The position numbers and the translations under genes were made by a program. A DNA stretch of 32,000 bases, taken from positions 435-32,434 of the forward strand of contig MTSL01000186.1 in NCBI GenBank assembly GCA_002794465.1, in the 5' to 3' direction. The notes beneath the pieces are model-generated. The model made no database searches and was not told the DNA's origin. It saw only the letters and a program-made list of their open reading frames with translations. The DNA is from Paramicrosporidium saccamoebae KSL3. Lineage: Eukaryota > Fungi > Cryptomycota. This document shows positions 1-8,737 of the stretch, one piece after another; the stretch's first letter is position 1, and every line of letters starts with the position of its first letter.

Positions 1-843
1 AAGCTCTTACCGAAAATAGCTGGAAGTGGCCACTTGGCCATGCTGCAGTGGATATTTGAACAAGATCAGATGTGGGTGATTCCTTGTTCTGTGATAACCC
101 GGGCCGCTTCCGAGGGACATGTGGATATCCTGAACTGGGCATACGAAAGAGATTCAAACATTCTAGAACGTTGCAAAGATAAAAAACATAAATTTAGCCG
201 CGGCGCTTGTTGGAGCGGAAGGACTAAAGGGCTGAAATGGTTGCATGACAAAGGTCTTAAAGTATCATTTAGTGCATCGCAATTGACCGTTGCCGTGAGT
301 CAAGGTCACCTGAAGGTGCTAAAATTGGCCTATTTGATCGATCCCAATGCCCTTCCAACGATCAATGATCTTAATTTTGCTGCTGTTAAGGGATCTTTGA
401 ATATACTCGAGTGGGCGCATGCCATAAACGAGAAGCTTATTCCCTCCATCGAGGGTGCGAATTGGGCAGCGAACAACGATCAAATTGCAGCCCTCGAGTG
501 GTTAGCCTCGAAGAAGGTGTATCCTGACCAAGCGAGTCTTGACGAGCGTGTCGAGCTTGGCCGAGTGGCAGCCGTGCGCTGGATAATGCAAGAGCTTCCG
601 ACTATGGTGCCATCTCCCGAGGCCATTATCAAAGCCGCAGAGACAGGTCGCTTAGGTGTCATCAAGCATATCCACAAGGTCAGGCCAGGTTTACTCAACT
701 ATTCAGTACTTTTGTCTGCCGCGCAAGCCAAAGGCTGGGTTAGAATTGTTGACTTCTTAACGGCATGTGCATCAGACCAAATCGATACAGCAGTCGCCGA
801 GTCTCGAGAATTATCTATATCCTGCGCAGTTAGTGGGCTGTAG
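1..843 (+). CDS. Array gene A1, 5'-truncated: terminal module of the ankyrin-like repeat protein family
   Basis: Frame is open from base 1 (KLLPKIAGSGHLAMLQW...); the track start at 34 is a TTG. Carries GHLxVLxW-type ~29-aa repeats and the terminal cap LLSAAQAKGWVRIVDFL shared with A2-A6. Confidence 0.85.
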   Translation, partial: KLLPKIAGSGHLAMLQWIFEQDQMWVIPCSVITRAASEGHVDILNWAYERDSNILERCKDKKHKFSRGACWSGRTKGLKWLHDKGLKVSFSASQLTVAVSQGHLKVLKLAYLIDPNALPTINDLNFAAVKGSLNILEWAHAINEKLIPSIEGANWAANNDQIAALEWLASKKVYPDQASLDERVELGRVAAVRWIMQELPTMVPSPEAIIKAAETGRLGVIKHIHKVRPGLLNYSVLLSAAQAKGWVRIVDFLTACASDQIDTAVAESRELSISCAVSGL

Positions 844-1020
844 ATTAGATCCGTGGTGTTTCTGAGCTTGGTGTGCGAGTGTAGTGAATAAGTATAATGG
901 CAGACCGGTAGTTCCAATAAAGAGTCTGTTGGATTGAATGAAAAAGCAATAGTTATTAGGAGATGCGACACGCATAGATAACCACTCTAAATACGACAGA
1001 TCTCACTAGTTGGGATTGCC
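844..1020 (+). repeat. 3' flank of A1, homologous to the 3' flanks of A6 (19327-19500) and A3 (~8738-8825)
   Basis: Collinear blocks such as TTTCTG(A/G)GCTTGGTGT, AATAAAGAG(T/C)CTG, GCATAGA(T/C)AACCACTC and AGATCTCACTAGT; includes AATAAA, a possible polyA signal. Confidence 0.75.
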
Positions 1021-1095
1021 AGTTTTTAGCCGTTACTGTCTTGCACCCAACTAAGGGTACTTGTGAACCGATATTCCGACGAGGCGGTAGTTTCT

Positions 1096-1268
1096 CAGGG
1101 TGGCCCCAGTTCAACAACAATCCTAAAGTCCGTATTCAGGGCGACTCCAATCTAACATCAATCCTAAAGTCCGTATTCAGGGTGACTCCAATCTAACATC
1201 AATCCTACAGCCCGTACTCAGGGTGATCCCAATCCAACATCGATCCCATAGTCCATATCCAGGGTGAC
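1096..1268. repeat. 41-bp minisatellite, 4 full units plus a partial fifth, directly upstream of A2
   Basis: Units start at 1096, 1137, 1178, 1219 and 1260; consensus about CAGGGTGACTCCAATCTAACATCAATCCTAAAGTCCGTATT. Confidence 0.95.
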
Positions 1269-1282
1269 GGTCTACAAGCGCG

Positions 1283-4200
1283 ATGAAAATATCGCCGCTT
1301 GTCCTTCCTTTCGTTCTAGCGAGCCAAATATTGTACGCGGCTAAGAGCCCTAACTCTGGAGAGACTGTCAACCGCGCTGATATTGGGCCGAATGAGAGAG
1401 CGAAAAGCCTTGAGCAGGACGAAGGACTGGATTTGAGACAACTGAAAATTGTGCTCGAAGAATTAGAAAGAGACACTAATGTGCAGGATACTTGGACTAT
1501 TTTCCATAATAGTCCAAAAATTCGGGTGAATCAGATTCTGCTCATCAGAGAGGCCATTAAAAAAGGATATAACCACTACCTGGAACGCATGTTGACTTTC
1601 AGTCGTTCTTGGTGGCAGACGGATAAAGACTATCACTGGTTTCTAGCACTATCTTATGGAGCTCCTTGGTGTAGCGAGGATTTATGGAAGACTCATCAAC
1701 CCTACTTGAATTGGGCCAACCATATGGACGCATTCTTCAAAGCAGACAACGTGGTCTTTGCATTGTCTCATCCTGAGATATTTGAAACTATACTTGAGGA
1801 CCCCAACACAGCTGACTCGTTTATCGAGCATGACTCTGCCAAATTAGCAGAACAATACGTCAAAGATCTGAACATATTTGCCATCAAAATACACGCCATG
1901 ATAGCGGCTGGTTCCATCAAACTGTTGCATCTTTTATTTAGCCAGGACATTTCACTAGATATAAATGGTATTTCTCTGGAGGATGCTTGCCGCGATTTGG
2001 AGATCTTGTATTTGCTGTACGAAAATGGATATCAAGTCGAACCGGAAGAAAACGTGGTCGATTCTTTTACGATGGAAGGAGAACTCGCGCATCTTAAATT
2101 CTTCTACAAAATTGATCAGACAAATCTTCCAACTCTTGACAGTGTTTCAAAAGCAGCCATGTCAGGAAAGTTAAAAGTCGTCAAATGGGCAATCAGCAAA
2201 GACCTAAGCCTACTTCTGCCAAGGCCCGCCTTAGGATACATAGCTGGACGTGGTGATTTAGCAATGTTGAAATGTATATTTAAGCAGGACCGAAGACTGG
2301 AGATTCTGTGTGACGTAATAATAGTAGCTGCTGCTTTGGAGGGACATGTAGATATACTCGATTGGGTATACGACATTGATCCAAATATGATACAATCCTG
2401 TTATGATGACTTGAGTCGTGCCAGTATAGCTGCTTACGATCGTGGGAAAATTGGCAGTTTGGAGTGGCTGCATGGCAAGACCTCCGCAGTGCCTTTCAGG
2501 GCATTTCGCTGGCTTAGTGTTGCGAGAAGCTGTCTGAATGAGGCAAAAGCTGCCCGATCGATCTCTAAAAACGTTTCTTCAACGGACAACGACCCTAATG
2601 CCGCTACTGGTGAGGGAAATGTGGACATTCTCGGGTGGTCATCTGCCCGAAACAGAGTGCCGATCCCCGCCACCGCCAGTGGGAATCATGCAGTAACAAC
2701 GGGCCAAATCCCAAGCCTCGATTGGCTGGGCTTGCATATTATGTATCCCAGTCAAATCTATCTCAACAGGCGTACTGAGGTTGGAGACGTGCACTCCCTG
2801 CGTTGTCTGATGCAAAACCTACCGACTATGGTGCCATCTCCCAATTCCATTCGTCACGCCGCACAGACTGGTCGCCTAGGTGTCATCAGGCTGATTTACA
2901 AAACCAATCCGCAACTTTTGGACAATTCAATGTTCCGGTGGGCAGAACGAAATTGGAAATGGGAAGAAATTGTCAACTTTTTGATAGAGATTGGAAGGAG
3001 ACCGAGTCTCAAGGATGAAGCAAACGCCGAGCTTAAACGAGGATCAATGAATAGAGATTCGGGGGTTATTGATAAAAGTGCCACCAAATTGAGTGATAAA
3101 GCGATAGACTTTGCCGAATTTCTTAAATGTGGTGAAGGGCTAAAGTTGGAGGAACTTGACGAGGCGCTTGGAAAAGAACTGGAAAACGGCACTAGCGCAC
3201 AAAATGCTTGGACCATCATGTCCAACAGTGCAATTTTCCTCCAGGACCAAGTTCCTATTATTAAGGAAGCCGTTCAAATGGGCTATAGCAACTACCTTAA
3301 ACTCATGCTGGATCCCCACCAACCTTGGTGGCGAACGGAGGAAGACTATTATTGGTTTCTGGCATTATTGTATGGAGCTCCTTGGTTGGACAAGGATTTA
3401 TGGGATACTCACCAACTCCATTTGAATTGGGCCGACCATATGAACATGTTTTTCAAAGCAGACAACGTGGCCTTTGCATTGTCTTACCCCGAGATATTCG
3501 AAACTACACTCAAAGACCCCAAAACAATCAAAGAATTTATCAAGCACGATTCGGCCAAATTGGCAAAGCATTATGTCAAAAATCTGGACGTATTTGCCAC
3601 CAAAACGCACGCCATGGTATCTGCTGGTTCCATCAAACTGTTGCATCTTTTATTCAACCAGGACGTTTCGCTGGACATGAATGACATCTCACTGCAGATT
3701 GCCTCCCACGACCTGGAAATTTTGCGTCTACTATACGTGAACGGATATCAAGTCAAACCGGGAAAAGAGATGCTTGATTTGTTCATGGCGGAAGGGAAGC
3801 TTGCACATCTTGAATTCTTCTACAAGGTTAACACGGAAAATGTTCCAACTCGTAAGGGTGTTGAGGCAGCAGCTAAAGCAGGACACCTGAGAATCATCAA
3901 ATGGGCGGCCAGTAAAGGCCGAGGTCTACTTCCGTCAAAGTCCATCTTAGGATGCGTAGCCAAGTGTGGTCATCTACATGTATTGCAATGGCTATTTGAA
4001 CAATATCAGCAAAAGGAAATTCCGTGTAATGTAATAATTAATGCTGCTTCTCAGGGGGTTGTGCCTATTCTGAACTGGGCGCTAACAACCGATCCAAACA
4101 TTCTACAACGTTGCAGGAAAGACTTACATCGAGTTAATGAAGTTGTCTGTGACAGCGGGAATGTCGACGGTATTAAATGGTTGCATGACAAGAAATCAGC

Positions 4201-4792
4201 AGTATCTTTTGAAGCAAGGCATTTGACCACTGCCGTGCATCGGGGTCATCTGAAGGTGCTAGAATTGGCCCATTCGATCGATCCCAATGCCCTTCCAACG
4301 ATCGACAACCTTAACTCTGCCGCTGGTATGGGACATGTGGAGATTCTTGAATGGGCATATAGCATAGACAAGAAGCTTATCCCCACTGCCACTGGCGCGA
4401 ATCAAGCAGTGAGAAACGATCATATTGCAGTTCTCAAGTGGTTGGCCTCTAAGAAGGCGTATCCTGATGAATGTGGCCTCGACTGGTGCGTCAGGCTTGG
4501 CCATTTAAGAACTCTGCATTGGATGATGCGAGAACTACCGGATATGGTGCCATCTCAATTATCCATCCTTAAAGCCGCAGAGACTGGTCGCTTAGGTGTC
4601 ATCAAGTATATTGACAAAACAAGGCCAGGTTTGCTCGATTACTCAGCACTTTTGTCTGCAGCTAAAGTCAAAGGCTGGGAAAGAATCGTCGCTTTCCTAG
4701 AGCCAAACGCGCTGAATCCCAACGAGAATATGGCTGTCATGTTGACAGGCCACGGCAAGTTCTGGGACCATTGTGTTTTCTCAGGATGCTAG
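1283..4792 (+). CDS. Array gene A2: predicted secreted two-module ankyrin-like repeat protein (1169 aa)
   Basis: ATG start, hydrophobic leader MKISPLVLPFVLASQ, two homologous modules 1713 bp apart (anchors 1445 and 3158), about 10 short repeats per module, no introns. Confidence 0.88.
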   Translation: MKISPLVLPFVLASQILYAAKSPNSGETVNRADIGPNERAKSLEQDEGLDLRQLKIVLEELERDTNVQDTWTIFHNSPKIRVNQILLIREAIKKGYNHYLERMLTFSRSWWQTDKDYHWFLALSYGAPWCSEDLWKTHQPYLNWANHMDAFFKADNVVFALSHPEIFETILEDPNTADSFIEHDSAKLAEQYVKDLNIFAIKIHAMIAAGSIKLLHLLFSQDISLDINGISLEDACRDLEILYLLYENGYQVEPEENVVDSFTMEGELAHLKFFYKIDQTNLPTLDSVSKAAMSGKLKVVKWAISKDLSLLLPRPALGYIAGRGDLAMLKCIFKQDRRLEILCDVIIVAAALEGHVDILDWVYDIDPNMIQSCYDDLSRASIAAYDRGKIGSLEWLHGKTSAVPFRAFRWLSVARSCLNEAKAARSISKNVSSTDNDPNAATGEGNVDILGWSSARNRVPIPATASGNHAVTTGQIPSLDWLGLHIMYPSQIYLNRRTEVGDVHSLRCLMQNLPTMVPSPNSIRHAAQTGRLGVIRLIYKTNPQLLDNSMFRWAERNWKWEEIVNFLIEIGRRPSLKDEANAELKRGSMNRDSGVIDKSATKLSDKAIDFAEFLKCGEGLKLEELDEALGKELENGTSAQNAWTIMSNSAIFLQDQVPIIKEAVQMGYSNYLKLMLDPHQPWWRTEEDYYWFLALLYGAPWLDKDLWDTHQLHLNWADHMNMFFKADNVAFALSYPEIFETTLKDPKTIKEFIKHDSAKLAKHYVKNLDVFATKTHAMVSAGSIKLLHLLFNQDVSLDMNDISLQIASHDLEILRLLYVNGYQVKPGKEMLDLFMAEGKLAHLEFFYKVNTENVPTRKGVEAAAKAGHLRIIKWAASKGRGLLPSKSILGCVAKCGHLHVLQWLFEQYQQKEIPCNVIINAASQGVVPILNWALTTDPNILQRCRKDLHRVNEVVCDSGNVDGIKWLHDKKSAVSFEARHLTTAVHRGHLKVLELAHSIDPNALPTIDNLNSAAGMGHVEILEWAYSIDKKLIPTATGANQAVRNDHIAVLKWLASKKAYPDECGLDWCVRLGHLRTLHWMMRELPDMVPSQLSILKAAETGRLGVIKYIDKTRPGLLDYSALLSAAKVKGWERIVAFLEPNALNPNENMAVMLTGHGKFWDHCVFSGC

Positions 4793-4870
4793 ACAAGGCG
4801 ATATTTTGAGAGAGTATAACGGCCAACCGCGGGGTTGCAATGCAACATTGAGTAAGTATGTGACGTAGAG

Positions 4871-4918
4871 GATTGATTAGTTGGGTATTTGAGGATTATT
4901 ACGTTATTTGCGAGGCTA
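4871..4918 (+). repeat. Short intergenic block shared with 17100-17147 (downstream of A2 and A5)
   Basis: GATTGATTAG(T/C)TGGGTATTTGAGGAT(T/C)ATTACGTTAT(T/C)TG(C/T)GAG occurs at both places. Confidence 0.8.
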
Positions 4919-5036
4919 TGACAGGGCTCACAGATGTATAGTAAAGGCTCCCTTGACTCACAGATAGAGAGTAGTGCTTTACTCACTACATGGCAATACT
5001 ATTGCTCGAATGCAAGTAAATTACAGGACTGTTGGC

Positions 5037-5110
5037 GAGAGCACGGAGCTGAATTAAAGATCTACTAGTCAACCCACTAATGCATTGACTAGTCCATTTC
5101 TGTGAGGTAG
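5037..5110 (+). promoter_or_regulatory. Diverged copy of the array's conserved upstream element (before A3)
   Basis: GAGAGCACGGAGCTGAATTAAAGATCTACT...AGTCCATTTCTGTGAGGT is collinear with the copies at 8926, 12951 and 17336 and ends ~85 bp before the ATG. Regulatory function is inferred. Confidence 0.6.
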
Positions 5111-5194
5111 GGGCACGATCTTTTACTGAAATCTCGGGCTCATGATGTTCTTTTGTATTGCTATATACAAATGTGTCCGGGGCGTGACCGGGCC

Positions 5195-8100
5195 ATGAAA
5201 AAGTTGTTTAGCATCTTCCTCTTCGTTTTAGTGGGCCAGGGAGCACATGTAGCTAAGGGCCCTGCCCCAAAAGATAGTGTCAGCAACACAGAAGATAAAT
5301 CGTTGCAACTAGCAAAGCCCGAGTTGAATGGTGAAAAGAAAATATTGGACGGCCAGTTTCGACGCGGTACAAGAATAGACTTGAAGAGGCTGGACGCTGA
5401 GCTTGGAAGAGCACTGGAAGAGGGTAGCAGTGTGCAGGATGCCTGGAACATCATTTCCAACAGCACAACGGCCCACAAGAATCCGGCTCCGCTCATTGAG
5501 AAAGCCATAAAGATGGGCTACAACAACTACCTGAAATGCATGCTAAAAGATGATAAGGAACTGTTGAAGACTCATCGAGGCAAGTCGACTTGGGCAGCAA
5601 AGATGGATGCAGTGATCAAGGCAGACAATTTGGCATTCACACTGTCCTTTTTCGAGACACTTGAAGCCACTCTAAGGGACCCGGCAACAATTGACCAATT
5701 CGTCAAGTACGACTCTATCGAATTGGCAAAGTACTATGTTGAAGATCTGAACATGTTTGCTGATAAGGTACAAGACTTGGTGTCTTTTGGCTCCATTAAA
5801 ATCCTACGTCTTTTATCAGACCAGGACATTCGGTTGAATATGGACAATATCACTACGAAGGATGCTTATCGTGATGTGAAAGTCTTGAGTTTGCTGTACG
5901 AGAGCGGATATAAAGTCAACCCGAGCCAGGACATGCTCGACTCACTTATGGAGGAAGGGAAGCACGCGCATCTTGAATTCCTCCGCAAAATCGTTCCGGG
6001 AAGTGGTCCATCTGATGGCGGCTTCAAAAAAGCAATCATGGCAGGTCAATTGGAGGCCGTCGAATGGGCAGAACAACATCGTCAAATTCCGAGTGTCTCG
6101 GGTGATGACATATGGGCCATAGCTAAAAGTGGACATTTAGCGATGCTGCGGTGGTTATTTGAAAAGAATAGGGGCTGGAATATTCGCTGCCACGTAATGA
6201 CAGCCGCTGTTGCCGAGGGACTTGCGGGTATTTTGAACTGGGCATACGAAATCGATCCATACATTCTATGGCGTTGCAGATTTGACATGGGTCGAGTCAA
6301 TCAAAGAGTCGGTTGGAGCGGAAAGACTGAAGGATTGAACTGGTTGTATGACCATAACAAGAGATTAAAAGTGCCTTTTAGTGCAGAGCACTTGTTATCT
6401 GCCGTGAATCGAGGTCACCTGAAGGTGCTAGAATTGGCCCGCTCGATCGATCCCAATGCCCTTCCAACGATCGACAACCTTAACTCTGCCGCTGGTATGG
6501 GACGTGTGGAGACTCTTGAATGGGCGTATAACATAGACAAGAAGCTTGTCCCCACTGTCGCCGGTGCGAATTTGGCAGCGGAAAACGGTCGACTTCCAGT
6601 CCTCAAGTGGTTAGCTTCGAAGAATACGTATCCTGACGAAACAGGCATTTCCAATTGTTTTAAGAGGGGTCAATTGAGAACTCTACGCAGGATGATGGAA
6701 AAATTCCCAAAGATGAAACCATCTTCCGAGGCCATTATCAAAGCCGCAGAGACAGGTCGCGTAGGTGTCCTCAGGCATATCTATAAAACTAGTCCGCAAC
6801 TTTTGGACAATCCGAAACTCCAGTGGACAGAGCAAGAGTGGAAATGGAAAGAAATTGTCGAGTTTTTGACAGAGATTGGAAAGATACAAAAGCCTGTAAA
6901 TGTCGCAGACACCGAGTCTCATCGAGGATCTGTAAACATGCCCCCAGTAGTTGCCGATAGCTGTGTGTCTAAATCGGATGGCAAGGAACCCTGTTTAAGC
7001 GACCTGCTTGGGCGCGGTACAGGGCTGAACTTGAAAGGGCTAGACGCTGAGCTTGAAAATGCGCTGAAAGAGGGTAAGAGTATACAAGATGCCTGGATTA
7101 TCATGTCCAACAGCCCAACATTTCTCGAGGACCCGATGCTGCTCATCAAAGAAGCCGTGAAATTGGGCTACAATAGCTACCTGAGATGCATGCTGAATGT
7201 CAGCTTCCCCTGGTGGCAGAATGAGGGAGACCATCACTGGTTTCTGGCATTGTCATACAAAGCTCTTTGGTATGTCAAGGATCTGTGGGATGCTCATCAA
7301 TCGCAGTTAAACTGGGCAGAGAACATGGAAGCAGTTATCAAAGCAGACAATCCAAAATTCACAGAGTTCCTTCCTGAGACATTGAAAGCCATGATAAAAG
7401 ACTCTACAACGATTGAAGAGTTTATTAAGCACGATTCTGCCAAGCTAACAGAGCATTACGTTAAAGACTTAAATGTACTCGCCAACAGAATGCAAGAATT
7501 GGTGACGTTTGGCTCCATCAAGATTCTGCGTCTTTTAGTAGAGAAGGATATTCCGCTGAACACAAGTAGTATCCTCTTAGAAGATGCCTGTATTAACGTA
7601 AAGGTCTTGCGTTTACTGTACGGGATTGGATATCAAGTCGAACTGCAGCAGCACATGCTCGATTCCTTCATGGAGGAGGGGAAGCTCGCGCATCTTGAAT
7701 TCTTCTACCAGATTAGGGTGAACAATCTCCCAACTCGTGGTAGTGTTGGAAAAGCAGCTATAGCAGGGCACTTGGAAGCCGTCAAATGGGCGATGGGAAA
7801 ACTCAAAGTGCAAACTATGCCAGATGACGTCTTATCGTATATAACTATGAGGGGCCATCTAGCGATGCTGCAATGGATATTTAAACAAGATCAGACACGG
7901 AAGATTCCCTGTGATGTAATAAGTAGTGCTGTTTCCAAGGAATATGTGGATATCCTGAACTGGGCATACGGAATCGATGCAAACATTCTGCAACGCTGCA
8001 AATTCAATCCAAAGTCACTTAACAATAATGTTGCCAGGAACGGAAAAACTAAGGGGTTGGTATGGTTGCATGAACGTGACAAGGACTTGAAAGTACCTTT

Positions 8101-8737
8101 TAGTGCAAACCAATTAAACACTGCCATTCGAGAAGGTCATCTGAAAGTGCTGAAATTGGCCCATGCAATCGATCCCAAGTCTCTTCCAACCGTCCGTGAT
8201 CTTAATATTGCTGCCCTTTGTGGGCGTTTGAATATACTCAAATGGGCGTGTTCCATAGAAGGAACTCTTCTTCCAGATGCCTTCGGTGCGGATCGTGCAG
8301 CGGAAAACGATCAACTTCCAGTCCTCAGGTGGTTGTTTTCAAAGGCTGTGCATCCTAGTAAGTTAGACCCATGTATCTCTAGGGGGAACTTGAGAACCAT
8401 GCGTTGGATGATGAAAAAATTCCCGGGTATGGTGCCACCCCCCGAGGCCATCCTCCGCGCCGCAAAGACTGGCCACTTGGCCATTATCAAGCATATTCAC
8501 AAAGTCAATCCAGATCTAATTGATTATGCAGCACTTTTGCCTGCAGCAAAGGCCAATGGCTGGGATAGAACTGTTGAATTCTTGACGAAAAGTGCACCTA
8601 ATCACATCAACCTTACAGTCCCCAGGGTCCGAAGAGAATCGCTATTTCCCAAAGACGATATTATACTATCGACGATATTCGTTGCAATTGCGGGCACGTT
8701 GTGTGTCGCGGTGTTGAAACAACTTGCTTTGCTATAG
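5195..8737 (+). CDS. Array gene A3: two-module ankyrin-like protein with signal peptide and C-terminal hydrophobic tail (1180 aa)
   Basis: ATG at 5195 in GGGCCATGA context (track start 5153 is a TTG); leader MKKLFSIFLFVLVGQ; module anchors at 5393 and 7043; tail IILSTIFVAIAGTLCVAVL at 8660-8716. Confidence 0.88.
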   Translation: MKKLFSIFLFVLVGQGAHVAKGPAPKDSVSNTEDKSLQLAKPELNGEKKILDGQFRRGTRIDLKRLDAELGRALEEGSSVQDAWNIISNSTTAHKNPAPLIEKAIKMGYNNYLKCMLKDDKELLKTHRGKSTWAAKMDAVIKADNLAFTLSFFETLEATLRDPATIDQFVKYDSIELAKYYVEDLNMFADKVQDLVSFGSIKILRLLSDQDIRLNMDNITTKDAYRDVKVLSLLYESGYKVNPSQDMLDSLMEEGKHAHLEFLRKIVPGSGPSDGGFKKAIMAGQLEAVEWAEQHRQIPSVSGDDIWAIAKSGHLAMLRWLFEKNRGWNIRCHVMTAAVAEGLAGILNWAYEIDPYILWRCRFDMGRVNQRVGWSGKTEGLNWLYDHNKRLKVPFSAEHLLSAVNRGHLKVLELARSIDPNALPTIDNLNSAAGMGRVETLEWAYNIDKKLVPTVAGANLAAENGRLPVLKWLASKNTYPDETGISNCFKRGQLRTLRRMMEKFPKMKPSSEAIIKAAETGRVGVLRHIYKTSPQLLDNPKLQWTEQEWKWKEIVEFLTEIGKIQKPVNVADTESHRGSVNMPPVVADSCVSKSDGKEPCLSDLLGRGTGLNLKGLDAELENALKEGKSIQDAWIIMSNSPTFLEDPMLLIKEAVKLGYNSYLRCMLNVSFPWWQNEGDHHWFLALSYKALWYVKDLWDAHQSQLNWAENMEAVIKADNPKFTEFLPETLKAMIKDSTTIEEFIKHDSAKLTEHYVKDLNVLANRMQELVTFGSIKILRLLVEKDIPLNTSSILLEDACINVKVLRLLYGIGYQVELQQHMLDSFMEEGKLAHLEFFYQIRVNNLPTRGSVGKAAIAGHLEAVKWAMGKLKVQTMPDDVLSYITMRGHLAMLQWIFKQDQTRKIPCDVISSAVSKEYVDILNWAYGIDANILQRCKFNPKSLNNNVARNGKTKGLVWLHERDKDLKVPFSANQLNTAIREGHLKVLKLAHAIDPKSLPTVRDLNIAALCGRLNILKWACSIEGTLLPDAFGADRAAENDQLPVLRWLFSKAVHPSKLDPCISRGNLRTMRWMMKKFPGMVPPPEAILRAAKTGHLAIIKHIHKVNPDLIDYAALLPAAKANGWDRTVEFLTKSAPNHINLTVPRVRRESLFPKDDIILSTIFVAIAGTLCVAVLKQLALL

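Noticed and set aside
1096-1268. 41-bp array as CRISPR or coding repeat
   Set aside because: No spacers; the period is not a multiple of 3; the overlapping minus-strand ORF (1177-1476) is a shadow of A2.
2480-2700. Compensated frameshift in A2 module 1
   Set aside because: The DNA aligns codon-for-codon with the paralogues; the change is substitutional and in frame.
5153-5194. Upstream non-ATG starts for A3-A6 in the track (5153, 9017, 13184, 17497)
   Set aside because: Downstream ATGs align all leaders with Leu12/Gln15 and a shared start context.
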